Source of the DNA: Tricharina praecox
Lineage: Eukaryota
Length of the DNA stretch: 64,000 nucleotides
NCBI RefSeq assembly: GCF_024521635.1
Contig: NW_026250418.1
Span: 124,001-188,000 of the forward strand
Direction: 5' to 3'
The translations under genes and the position numbers were made by a program. A model generated the notes under the pieces. The model was not told the DNA's origin and searched no databases. It saw nothing but the letters and a program-made list of their open reading frames with translations. Below, in pieces: positions 53,377 to 64,000 of the stretch (positions within the stretch are counted from its first letter, which is position 1; every line of letters begins with the position of its first letter).

Positions 53377-54920
53377 CGCACCCTGTAATCTTCTTTGCTG
53401 CCATATCTAGCTCATATCCCCTCGCGATAAGCTCAGGTTTAATGTCATAGACCATTTTTCGACGTATAACAGCTCTCAAAAACGTCATTACTGCGGTTGC
53501 TAGCAACTGTGCAATCGTAGCCGACCAGTTGAGGCCCCTCAGTGCAAAGAACTGGAGAATCTATCCCACTATGTTGAGTGGATCCTACGCACGTCAGGGT
53601 AGCCAGTTGTTTCTCCTTCCCTCTGTGAGATGTGAAGATCTTGTGTGAAAGATCGGCGTTCAGCGACTGTCGAGAGTTCGAGGCTTTCTCTTCGCGCTGT
53701 ATCAGGTACGAATCGAAGTGCTGATCGCTGACGCTCCCCCCTTTCTGGAGCCATGCCACTTTGACCTGCCCCTCTTTTGGCTCCTCGATGTTCCAGGTGG
53801 TTTCGGTTGTACTCCGCTCGACTATGTGGGAACATAAAAACATCCCCAAGACCAAAGTCGCAGTACCAACACACAATAAGGGAAATGCATATGGTTGAAC
53901 CGGTTCATTATCCTTGCCGAATCTTTCGTTCCATGGCGAATAGAGTACACCGAAGCCGGCAAAGATTATGACTGCAAGCTGCAACAAGGTGCCCACCACT
54001 GCAATGAGCCTCGTTTCTAAGCGAGAGACTTTCCGACCACTGATGGTCAACGCGATATTCGGCGCTACCTGATTGTGGTGTCCATCTTCGCTCTCCGGGC
54101 TCGGGGTTTTATCATTCGATAAAACGCCGGCGGTCTTCGCAGTTTCGAAGTCGTATATCCCAGAGGGATCGCAAATCGCCGTTTCGCCGTTTGACAAAAG
54201 CTTATCTCCCTCCGTTTGGCTTGTGGATCCATTATCCGTAGGCTCGCGATAAAACAGCTCGATGATTGGAGACGATCCCAGAACCCTAACAATTCCGTCC
54301 CCTTTCCACAGCTCCGTGACATCGTGACTCGTAGAAGACATCAACTCGATCTCGGCGACACCTTTCCCTTCCCTAGCACGCCCTATCACCGCCTTCATCC
54401 AAGTGGGCCCGCCAACCCTGATAGCGCTTACAATCGCCGTAATGATGCCCAGGGGGGCCATCGCAAATATGACGTTTTCCTCCCAGTACATGGACTGGCT
54501 CATGGACTGCTTGGTGAACTGTTCGCCGAATAGTGCCAAGAGTGGTGCGAGATCAGAGAAGAGGTTGTTGCTGAAATCGTCCCCTCCATCGGCCGCCAAA
54601 ACGAACGGCAGCCGAAGGATAAAAGCTATCGTGCCGAAGAGCCGCGAAGGGATGCTGAGTCTCTTCAGCCACGATCCTCCGTCTGGTGGCTGGGCCGACA
54701 CGAAAGCCGGTAGGTGGAGCGTGGGTTTGTCCACAACGTCACTGGATCGGCACGACTGGATATCTTCATAGCTTGGCGCCGCCGCGATAGAATTCTGTCG
54801 AAGCGCCGGAGGTTGGTCGTGGTGATCGGCGTCGACGACGGGTTCGAAATGGAAGTCATCTAGGAGCCGAGCGCGTGATGGATAGTTCGAGTTCGTTGTG
54901 TGGAAAATGGTAGCGATCAC
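49695..54920 (-). pseudogene. Membrane-anchored multi-ankyrin-repeat protein pseudogene, interrupted by a retroposon; start uncertain
   Basis: N-terminal DDFSNNLFSDLAPLLALFGEQ...FAMAPLGIITAIVSAIRVGGP...IGRARE plus several TM helices; C-terminal ankyrin repeats (GRTSLHYASMRGH, GNTPLHYVA, GWTALHLAASGGH, GATALHIAASAGH). Frameshifts near 53580, 52141, 51738, 51415, 50600 and 49925; in-frame TAG at 53563-53561; insertion at 52556-53375. Confidence 0.85.
52556..53375 (+). mobile_element. Non-autonomous non-LTR retroposon (SINE-like or LINE derivative), 820 bp
   Basis: Exact 11-bp direct repeat CCGCACCCTGT at 52545-52555 and 53376-53386; 3' tail (TCAA)13 at 53323-53374; removing the element restores the ankyrin-gene frame KITGCG|YWSV. 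Confidence 0.88.
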
Positions 54921-55738
54921 GATTGTCGGTTCGGTTCAGTTGACTGGTACAAGTTGGAGAAAATTGGAGGAGAATCGCGGTCGGAGCGTGGGAGTACAAT
55001 TAGTCCCTTGGGTGGCACTCTTCTACAGTACGTCGCTCTCAGCAGGCAGCGACAAAAAACATGGTGTCCGCTATCATTTTGGAAATTGTGAGTTGGCCAG
55101 AGATTCTGAAACTCAACAAGTGAGCTGCGCATATCGCATTGAAAATCCTGCAAGACTGAAGGATGATCAAGATGTGCTTCTAGATATGCACGATATATAG
55201 CCTAATCACCTACCTATGTACAGGTACGTATTACCGGATGGCCATGCGTAGCCGACTGCAGTCGATCTCCTTAGACACTCACGACGGGCCAGTGGCCACA
55301 AGCCCTGCGGTCTCGACTCCCCAGGCGAGCGCCCACGGGCCACTGACATAATCTACCTATCCTACCTTTATATATGAGTATCAATTATCTCACTTAAGAG
55401 CTATCTTGATTCCTGACACCAGTTGCACGCGGCTACTTGCTCCCCCAACTCCAAGGGCCAAAACACGTAGTGTTGCATGTATTTTTAGCGCGCTTACAGA
55501 CTAACCGGCGTCCGCTGGACACTTTCAAGTTTCGGGTGATCCGCAGTGCCCTTGCCCATCTTTGTCTCAACCTTCCCCCATGGTTGTTCTTTAAGTACCC
55601 CGCATCCTTCGTCAGCGGTAATCGGTACAGACCGCAACCGATAACACACGCTTCTTTTCACGAAACTACTATTCTCATCGCCGACACTCGCCGCTGATAC
55701 TACTACTCTCTAGAGCCCACACAAACACGCGTCGTGCT

Positions 55739-57124
55739 ATGGTGAGAGTTAGACGTCCAGACACACCCATGACGTCAACACCTCCTTCATACGACGAGTG
55801 GGAGGAAGTCCAACAGGATGCACTCCCGCTGCGCGACCCTATGGAAGCTCTCAGGGAAATAGAGGCGGCAAGCAACAAACAAAGGTCAAACAAAGATGGT
55901 GGTAGTTGGTCCATCGAGGCGGGAAAGCAGTTCTGGGATGCCACGGTGGACCTTCAGAGCAGGGTCAAAGATCTTGCCGGCAAGGTGTCAGTGGCACAGG
56001 CAGTGCGAATGACCACTAGGGGGTAGGTTCATTGGCTTCGGTCTTGTTGATTTCCATTACTGATAGATTCAGGTGCTCTATCAAGTTTGTGGCTGTGATC
56101 GGATTAACTGGGGCGGGAAAGTCGTCTGTCATCAAGGCGTTGACCGGCGAAGATGTACATGTCGAACATAGTATTCACACTGGTATTGTTCTCACTTTCT
56201 CAGCTCTTGTCTCCGTCATTCCGGATCTAATGGTTCCTCTCTCGAGTAGGTACCACCACCTTCGCGATGTTCCCCACCATCATCGACGAGCAGCGCTACG
56301 TTTTGATCGATACCCCGGGCTTCAACGACCAGGAGCGCACTGATATGGACGTTTTCCAAGAAATCCTCGATTGGTTCCACACCATGACACCCTACTGCGA
56401 CCTCGACGGTATCCTTTATGTCCATGATATCACTCCAAAACGCTTCAGTAAATCGGCCAAACTGAATCTCGACATGTTGGAAGCGCTCTGTGGCGAGAAG
56501 TTTTTCAAGAAAGTCACGATACTCACGACGATGTGGGGCAATATGAACGCTCCTGCCGTCAGAGCCGCAGAGAAGCGGCAGGTGCAATTTGAGCAAGGCC
56601 CCTGGAAGAAGCTGATCGATGGCGGTGCCCGGGTGTTTCGACACCTAGATGGAGTGGCCGAACCAGAGGATTCAGTCAACGGGAAGGAGAAGGAGGAGCT
56701 TGAGAAGCAACGCGAAAAGGCACGACTAGAACTTGAGGGCATTATCGCTTACTACAAAACATCGGAAAGAGTCACTCCTAGAATCCAGAAGGAGTTGAGA
56801 AGAAAAGTTGAAATCCTGAGCACCGCGGCGGGAGACGTACTACGGAAAGGTTACAACTTACCACCCACACTGAATCAAATGGACAGTAATGGTAACACTG
56901 CCCCGAATTCTCCGAATTGTCGGACCGATGACAATTCGACTGTTCCGCAGTCACCGCCCTCTCCGGCAACGACGGCCAACTCCGTGTATGACATCCCAAC
57001 ACCTCCAGAAATTCCCGAGAAACCGAAAAATTCTAAGGAGGGTGCGGGTGAGGGACCGCCCCCCACGTCACCCTGGTTTATGCGCCTGATCATGGCAGTG
57101 ACATGGTTCTTTGGGCGGAACTGA
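55739..57124 (+). CDS. P-loop GTPase, AIG1/GIMAP-like fungal family; exons 55739-56022, 56073-56182, 56250-57124; ~422 aa (alternative start 55769)
   Basis: G1 VAVIGLTGAGKSS, G2 region TGT, G3 LIDTPGFND, LDGILYVHDI, divergent G4 ILTTMW; both introns GT..AG and frame-preserving. Confidence 0.85.
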
Positions 57125-57847
57125 TACCAACGGAGGTAAATCAGATCCCATACATTACCATCGGTCTAGTGCAATATCTGATTCTGATCAGTATTTCCCA
57201 GTCTCGAAGGTTTCATGTGCTGGTTTGGGAGCTATCGAGATTATTATTTTTCTTTTCGGCGTTTCCCCGTCCTCTTGATTTCCTTTGTCACACATCAGTA
57301 TCGGGATTGTTGGTCTTGCATTTCAAGTACCTCAAACAATTGATATGAGTTTGTTAGTTCTGATGATGCGAGGTCGCCCGAGTGATCCTGAGAGGTAAGA
57401 ACCCACTAGCAGTCCACTGGCAACCGGGTTACGGAGATGAAGCTCATCATCCCACGCCACGTCACGTCAGTCCATAGTCCAGCTAGGCTTCATGTTTAGG
57501 CCCATGACTTCTTTAGCCTGCTGGTTGCGCATCGTGACGACAACGCCTGTTTTCCCAAGAGGAAGTTACAAAAAGAGGCAATGGTATCACCCGTTCTGTC
57601 GTGCAAGCAACACGACCGTTACGAGGTTTCAACTCTACGTCCACAGCACTGTCTCCTATTATCACAAAACCGTATAAGATGGTTTACTACCGTCGCCATC
57701 ATTACCATTTCACTTAGGTGTGTCGTGTGCGTCACTTTCCTGTATTTGACTGTCATGTTGACCGTTTCAAAGGCGTTCCCGAAAGCGAACGATTCATCTA
57801 TCCCGCACCGCTACGTCTAGTTACCCCCATACTAGCAGTGAGCCGCC

Positions 57848-59097
57848 ATGGAGATCCAGAGGTGGGGCCACGCAAATGAGGTCGAAGACGACGACGATTT
57901 TCAGAAACACGAGAAGCTGAGGTACGCCAACGAGATCTATGGTGAGGAGGGATTCCTGGAGTTGGTGAGAGAGGGAAGCTACGACGCGGATGGGTCCATG
58001 GTCAGGGAACCGTATGAGACCCAAAACAACGTGTCGGCGCCCGTATCGTCCCTACCAGATAGCATGTTGGTGGATGCGTGGGGATTTCCAGTCATGGGGA
58101 CTTCCGACGCTGGGACGAGGTTGCATGCACTCAGGTGGGTACTTGCTCATATGTTGTAATTAGGAGTCGCTAACATGAGGCATCAAGCATTGCATCCGAT
58201 GCATCAAATCATGACTGCGCTTTCGGCAGAAACGACGCTGTTGTGCCGTCGGTTCAGCCACGGACATTGTCTCCACTTCTAACGTCTGCGAAAGGTGAGG
58301 AAGAAGAGCGGGGAGCCAAGGAGGAGAAAGGAGGAGAGGAACATGTGCAGATGGTTAAAGGGGAGGAGAGGGATGACGGCATGGACGAAGGTCAAGAGGA
58401 GGAACAAAGCCCCGTACTGCCACTGCTGTACACTCTGGACTCCAACCTCAAACATGGCCGGTCGCCGTTGCTCCCTCCATTCGAGCACACCTCGTACAAG
58501 ATGCGCCGTCTCGCATCACCATCCACCTCCCCTCATTGTGACTCACTCTCGCCGGATATCCACCATCATACGTCCTCTTATACGCCGTCACCGGTACACG
58601 TCCAACGGTACGACCACTCACCACCGGTATCACCACTCACGGCAGCGCCTTACGCGCATCCTCATTCTCCGTTTATCTCCCCGCCGTCACCATCACCGCC
58701 ACCGTCGCCGCAATCACGACCGTCTTTCGCCGAAGCCAAGAGAAGAGCAATTGCAGAACTCATGACCCAACGCGTGCCAGAGTTACAGTGCGCGCTACGG
58801 ATCCGAAGCCTCCCAGTTTTGGGCCTTCGGCGTGATCTGCTGGAGCGTCTGGGCAGCCACATCGCGATGGAGCGCTCGCATGTGCGACCCCCACACGAGG
58901 ACGAGCCGGAGGTCTCGTACCTGAGTCGGTTCAGGGTGCCGGAGCTCAAGGAGGTTTGCAGACGCAGGAGTCTGCCGGTGGGTGGTTTGAAGGATGATTT
59001 GAGTCGGAGGATCATGTATTCCATGAGGGAGGAACAGAGGAGGACAAGTCGTACCGCTAGGGTCTGGAGACCAGATGTGGGTTGGGTTCATCCTTAA
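57848..59097 (+). CDS. Protein with two C-terminal SAP domains; exons 57848-58134, 58188-59097; ~398 aa
   Basis: RVPELQCALRIRSLPVLGLRRDLLERL and RVPELKEVCRRRSLPVGGLKDDLSRRI fit the SAP consensus; intron GTGGGT..GCTAAC..AAG joins the two ORFs in frame. Confidence 0.65.
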
Positions 59098-60104
59098 GAT
59101 TTACTTGCGTTTCTTGCCAAAACCATAAATTTCAGGTGGTTACAACTTCTTACTTGGGGTTTCATTACTTATGCACATACTCATGTGTTTGGTCCTTCGT
59201 CCCCATGGTTCCGTGGGAGATACAAGTGTTTATCCACTACTTTCCTTTATGACACACTCCTCTGCTTGTAATTGTCCTTATTAATTGACGCCTGCTTAAC
59301 CACGCCTACCCTGGCCGTGTGTGACTTGATCCTCCAACATTCAATGGCTTCCGGCGCCGATGCTCCCCTTCTTTCTTTCTCACTGCAAGCAGCTCCGTCG
59401 ACACGTGCAATCCTGCCGATAAAATACGTCATGCACGCCTACCACCGTTGCGTACAAAGCGACGGAAATTCCGAAGCACCTCTTCCGCTAGTCGTCAAGT
59501 GATGAATGTATCCGCGACGCCGCAATAGCTATCGCTATCATCATATAGGTAGTATGTACTGCTAAGAACGTCTCGCAGCAGGACCAACGCCCAGCGCGTT
59601 CAGATACTAATGGCAAACAGTCGCTGATCTGTGGCGTTGGGAAAGGTCGCTCGAGTTCTTGTCAGGTCTTTGTTCAAGTATGAGGTATGTACCAGTGTTT
59701 GCCGGTAGTATGTGATGGATGCCGCCCCGCACCATAGCCGTGTTGCGCCTTGCCAGCTCACAACTCTTGCAAGAAGCCGATATCACGTGCGAGCGAAGTG
59801 AGGGCGGGAGTCGGGACGGCTGATGAAGGTTAAATTACCTTTATATGCCTCTCTTGAGGATATTATGTGCACATGAGGCATCGGAACGAGAGAGCGGCAG
59901 GAATATAGTTGCACTCTCCAGGGGGATACGTCATCGCTACTATCCCTACTCGAAGTCTACAGTGAATAACTATCCTTTGCGCAAAGCACAACTCTATACC
60001 GCGACACTGCGACACTGCGACACTCACTCTTCTAAGGACTGCTCGGAACGCACTACATCAACAGCAACACCGACGTCGACATCATCGGCATCAACATCGC
60101 AGTC

Positions 60105-60790
60105 ATACCCGTCACCTTGAAGGTTGCGAAGTACGATGCAAACGCGACAACAATGAAGCCGCGAGCGAACATCGAAAGCGTCCTACAGTCCACCTCCCAC
60201 GAGACCGACAAATACATGTATGAACTCCTTTGAGCTCCTTCAGAGCTCCGTCCAGGACTCTGATCGCTTCTACCTCGTTCCAACGCATAACGGTTTCGTC
60301 GACTGCTGCCTCGGGGATACAATTCCCATCGGCACTTGGTCATTCGTCCGGACGACCTCTGGATCACGATCGTTAGCTGGCCTTTCCGGTGATGATGGAT
60401 GCCTGCTGGCGATTTCTGGCAGCTAACCCAGTTTGGGTTCTATGTCAACGCCAACGGCGAAAAGATGCGGAGTTATTGGAGTTATTTCGTCCAACACGAG
60501 GGGAAGAAAGAGCTAGTTATCTACAAAGGAGGGAACAGTTATACCGTCGACTTCGCTGGGATTGCGAAAGAGTTTACGGGTCCGATGGATGTAGGTTGGC
60601 CAGAGCTGTACGGAAGGGGTGGGGTTGCGTACTGACGTGGATGGAACACCTAGAAAAACCTGAACGATCCCGAATTTAAAGCGTGGGTCCTACCAGCGTT
60701 TTTGACCACCGCTTACACGGATACCATCACGAGCGCGGTCCTGATGATTTCGTCTCTAAAGAGCTACCTACCTACTTCCCTTTCACGTTT
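60105..60790 (+). pseudogene. DUF4419-like gene, 5' half only, pseudogenised
   Basis: (ATA)PVTLKVA..., LLQSS..NGFVD..YNSHRHLVIRPDDLWITI|LTQFGFYVNANGEKMRSY..FVQHEGKKELVI..VDF, KNLNDPEFKAWVLPAFLTT..DTITSAVLM. Introns 60372-60422 and 60591-60653; start codon ATA; frameshifts; 3' half absent. Confidence 0.7.
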
Positions 60791-62840
60791 GCATCGGGCG
60801 CTTTGTATCTCGGCGCCTATAAAAGTACTCTCTTTTCGTACCAAGCCAGCATGTATCTATCTCTTACATTGTAATTGTTCGAATACATTCTTGCTTTCTT
60901 CATCGATATTTCCAACATTTTTTTTTCTTCTGCTCGGATAGACGAGTGACCACCCATGATGCATGTGTGTGTGTTTATTCTTCCAAGTTCCAAATATAAA
61001 CTGGATCCGTCGGTGAAGACTCAAGAGGCGACTTCCACGCATTCAACACACAACATAGCACCGAGGATTGAGATGGTGGAGGCTGATAGGTATTGCATGC
61101 TAGCGAAAATGTGGGCGCTGTCGTCGTCCTAAGGAAGGAACTCCCTAGGTACATACTACAGAAGTATATGATGTTATGTGCAAAGACGATCATCTATGAT
61201 ACCTGCGATGGCGAGCTGGCTGGAACCTTCAACCAACGAAAGCCAAGACGAAGCTCTGCCAAAGAATCTACCCACCGCTCCTCGCGATCGTGGCGGATAC
61301 CCTGGCGGCGGCTGGCGATCATAATGATTACCGCATGCGGAGACGTTTGTTTGTTTCCATGGCAGGTTTTTGCCTCTCGGCGTTAGCTGAGGGGGTCTTG
61401 CTCCCCATCCCTCCCCCCCACATCTGGCAGAGTTACTCACCAAGTTCCAACGCGAGTTCTTGGGGACAGTCCAGTCCAGTCCAGTCCAGTCCTTACGAGA
61501 AAACGGGCCACAGCCTCACGGATTCTCACTCGCCGACTCCCCGCAGTGCCAGCCTCCAGGGAATCGTCGTGACTCGTGCTTGAACGTTGACGACGTACAC
61601 CACGCAGATGCATCCGCAGCTTCTAAGTTCGTGTGCTCTGTCTGTATCGGCCCCCAGAAAGCCAAAGTCAGCCCTCGATGCCTCGACGAGCTGACGGACG
61701 CCGTTTATGCACAGTTTCAGGAATAGCATCAGCCCCGCCAGGCAGCAGAGAGGAACGGGGACGAGATGGTAATAATAGATATTTGGGAGTAGACAGCTGG
61801 AGCTGGAGCTGGAGCTCTGCATGGATTCTGGAAGCGATCGTGTGCATGGCATGGAATGGGATGGGAAAGAAGAAGAAGCAAGACATGATTGTTTCCCCTG
61901 TTCCTTCGGCGTCCGGACCTGCAGGCAGCGGTCCAGCGGATCCCGGATCGGGGCCCCGACGAATGGTAGATCTTACCTCCTGCTGCTCGGAGGTTGCCTG
62001 GTCGTCCCGTGGGATCTCGTCCGCGCGGACAGCTTCGTCAGATGTCTGTCTGGCTGGCTGGCTGGGAATGCTAGCTGGCTGGCGCGCTGATGCGGCGTCC
62101 GACACTCCGTGTACCTAGCCCGTCCAGACTCCGCGGAGACCAGAGTTCGTGTGATTATTTTTGGCCCGGGAATGCACACGGCGACACGACACGACACGAC
62201 ATACCGTGGTCGAGTCGTTCGAATTGTTTTTCCACGGCATTGTTTCACTCGTCGACGTCCAATGACCCATATTTTATGATCGTGGCGGGATAGGTACCTA
62301 CCCACTCAGGATGGATGGATGGATGCGCGATGGTGGATGGTGGTTAGCCTTTGCCATACAGTACATACTACATACTTGGTACAGTGGGATCTTCACGTCG
62401 TTGATTCGCAACTCACTCAAGTGAGTCTATTTCGTGTGGTGGTGCATGTAGCGCCTCTTTTCTCTCGGATGTCTCACCCCTCACCCACCCAGCCCCCCGG
62501 CAGTTTTGATGGCGAGTATGTACCCGCAGAGTGATCTGCTATGCTACAATGTACTTACTACCTGCACTCATCACTCCCCACCCTAAGTAAGCAATCCTGC
62601 GCTCACGATCCCCCCCCCAATCTGTAGGTGTTCCTGGATGTTTCATGGGAGAGTAGAAGGGGGAAATGCGAAATTTCGTGATATGAGCAATCCAGCCATG
62701 GCAAGTTGCGTCCGCCACTCTGGGCCAATCAGCAGCCGCCACTGGTGTGTAACGGAAGCTGTCGATCATTGAGTGAGCAACGATGGATAGGTAATTCCAC
62801 TTCCATGGCGGTTCTATGATTCACCGATGGGTGGGGGAGG

Positions 62841-62841
<1 letters not shown>

Positions 62842-62888
<47 letters not shown>
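62842..62888. repeat. (TG)n dinucleotide microsatellite
   Basis: Read directly. Confidence 0.95.
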
Positions 62889-62891
<3 letters not shown>

Positions 62892-64000
62892 TGAGCGGAG
62901 TGTTGGCACCACTCGACTCGATGATCTGGCTGGCTGGCTGGATGAGTCGTGGTGCCGGCGTCGCTGCATGTGTACCGTACCTACTTGAGATCCCACAGGT
63001 CAGTCAACCCCCGCCGTCTACCTACCTGGCCGAGAGTACGGAGCCAGCGGAGTGTACCTACATGGACTCTTATCCAATTGTAAGCAGCAGCAGTGCTGCC
63101 AGCCAGCCAGCCAGCCAGCCAAGCTCGAAGGATCGATCCCAAGCCCACCTGGGTCCTGGGTGCATCATCTCCCAATCAGCACTTCCCGGCCGCGAGTGGG
63201 CTGCATCTGCCATCAGGTGGCTGCTGTAAAAGTATTTATACTTCACATCGAGCTCAAGATGTGGGCCAATGGAGGAGCACGCTCGGTGTGTAACCGGAAG
63301 GATAACTGGTGGAGTGCGATGGTGGTGCTGGTGGTGCTACTGCTGCTTCTCTTGGATACCCCTCCACCTCCACCTCCCACTCCCGGCCGGCCCGTTTGCC
63401 CAGGAGATCGACAGCTGCAAACCGGGACCAGTGACCACGAGACATGACGCGGTGCAGTGTCTTGTTTGTCCTCCCCTTTGCCCTTCGCACAACTATTTGA
63501 TGGCGATGCGTGTGTGTGCAGCACTGCAGCAACCTAACAATAGACGAGGTGGTCCCTATTATCCCGACCTATGGCTGTCTTCGCGTTGCGATCCTCGCTT
63601 TGGCTCCATGATACTATCGGTATACATGTGGGGTCGGCCTGTCCGTCAAAGCTGTGGACCATGGTAAAAGAGGTGCACTTTTTCCGCCAGCACGGACCAC
63701 AGAGCTCGAAGAGCTTCTTCTGGGGGCAGTCTATAGGTGCCCTGAAAAAATCGAGGTGCTTCAGTTGCAAGAGATGCAGAGGAAGCCTCCGCTATTGGGG
63801 TGTGGAGGGGGGGAGTATGCTATCGCCAATGATAGCCCGCCCGATCCTCTCTCCATGATTTTGTTTTTTCTCGAATCGATTCAAGACCCCAAGACCCCAA
63901 GAACGTTCCAGTGCTCTCGTCTACCGCAACAAGACTGGTGAGCGACAGTATTGATATCCTAGTTGGCAGTCAGTGGTTCCTGAAGAAGCCCCGATGGCCG

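Noticed and set aside
57358..57452. TGATGA/CTGA box C/D-like motifs
   Set aside because: Spacing too short and no terminal stem; not a credible snoRNA
63534..64000. SSR-free, coding-like sequence at the window end
   Set aside because: No recognisable motif; frames are interrupted and may depend on sequence outside the window

Overview
Intron-containing genomic DNA from a filamentous ascomycete (GT-AG introns with CTRAC-type branch sites; lineage not determinable here). 1-46 kb is a conserved, microsatellite-rich block with very long intergenic regions. It holds a copper-fist (Ace1/AceA-like) transcription factor and an Rgt1-like Zn2Cys6 factor sharing a 13-kb divergent upstream region, then creC (WD40), a creD-like arrestin, a PPxY-bearing membrane protein and BYE1 (PHD-TFIIS-SPOC). 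About 46.4-61.4 kb is an SSR-poor accessory island: a LINE relic, a large membrane-anchored ankyrin pseudogene, a divergently transcribed AIG1/GIMAP-like GTPase, a double-SAP protein and a DUF4419-like pseudogene. The clearest unannotated structure is an 820-bp non-coding retroposon inside the ankyrin gene, with an exact 11-bp TSD, a (TCAA)13 tail and two cUUCGg hairpins. Other candidates are translational-control signals in leaders (one uORF, AUG-free leaders, a poly(A) tract). Exon structures were read by hand and each spliced model sums to a whole number of codons. Family names come from motif recognition, not database searches.
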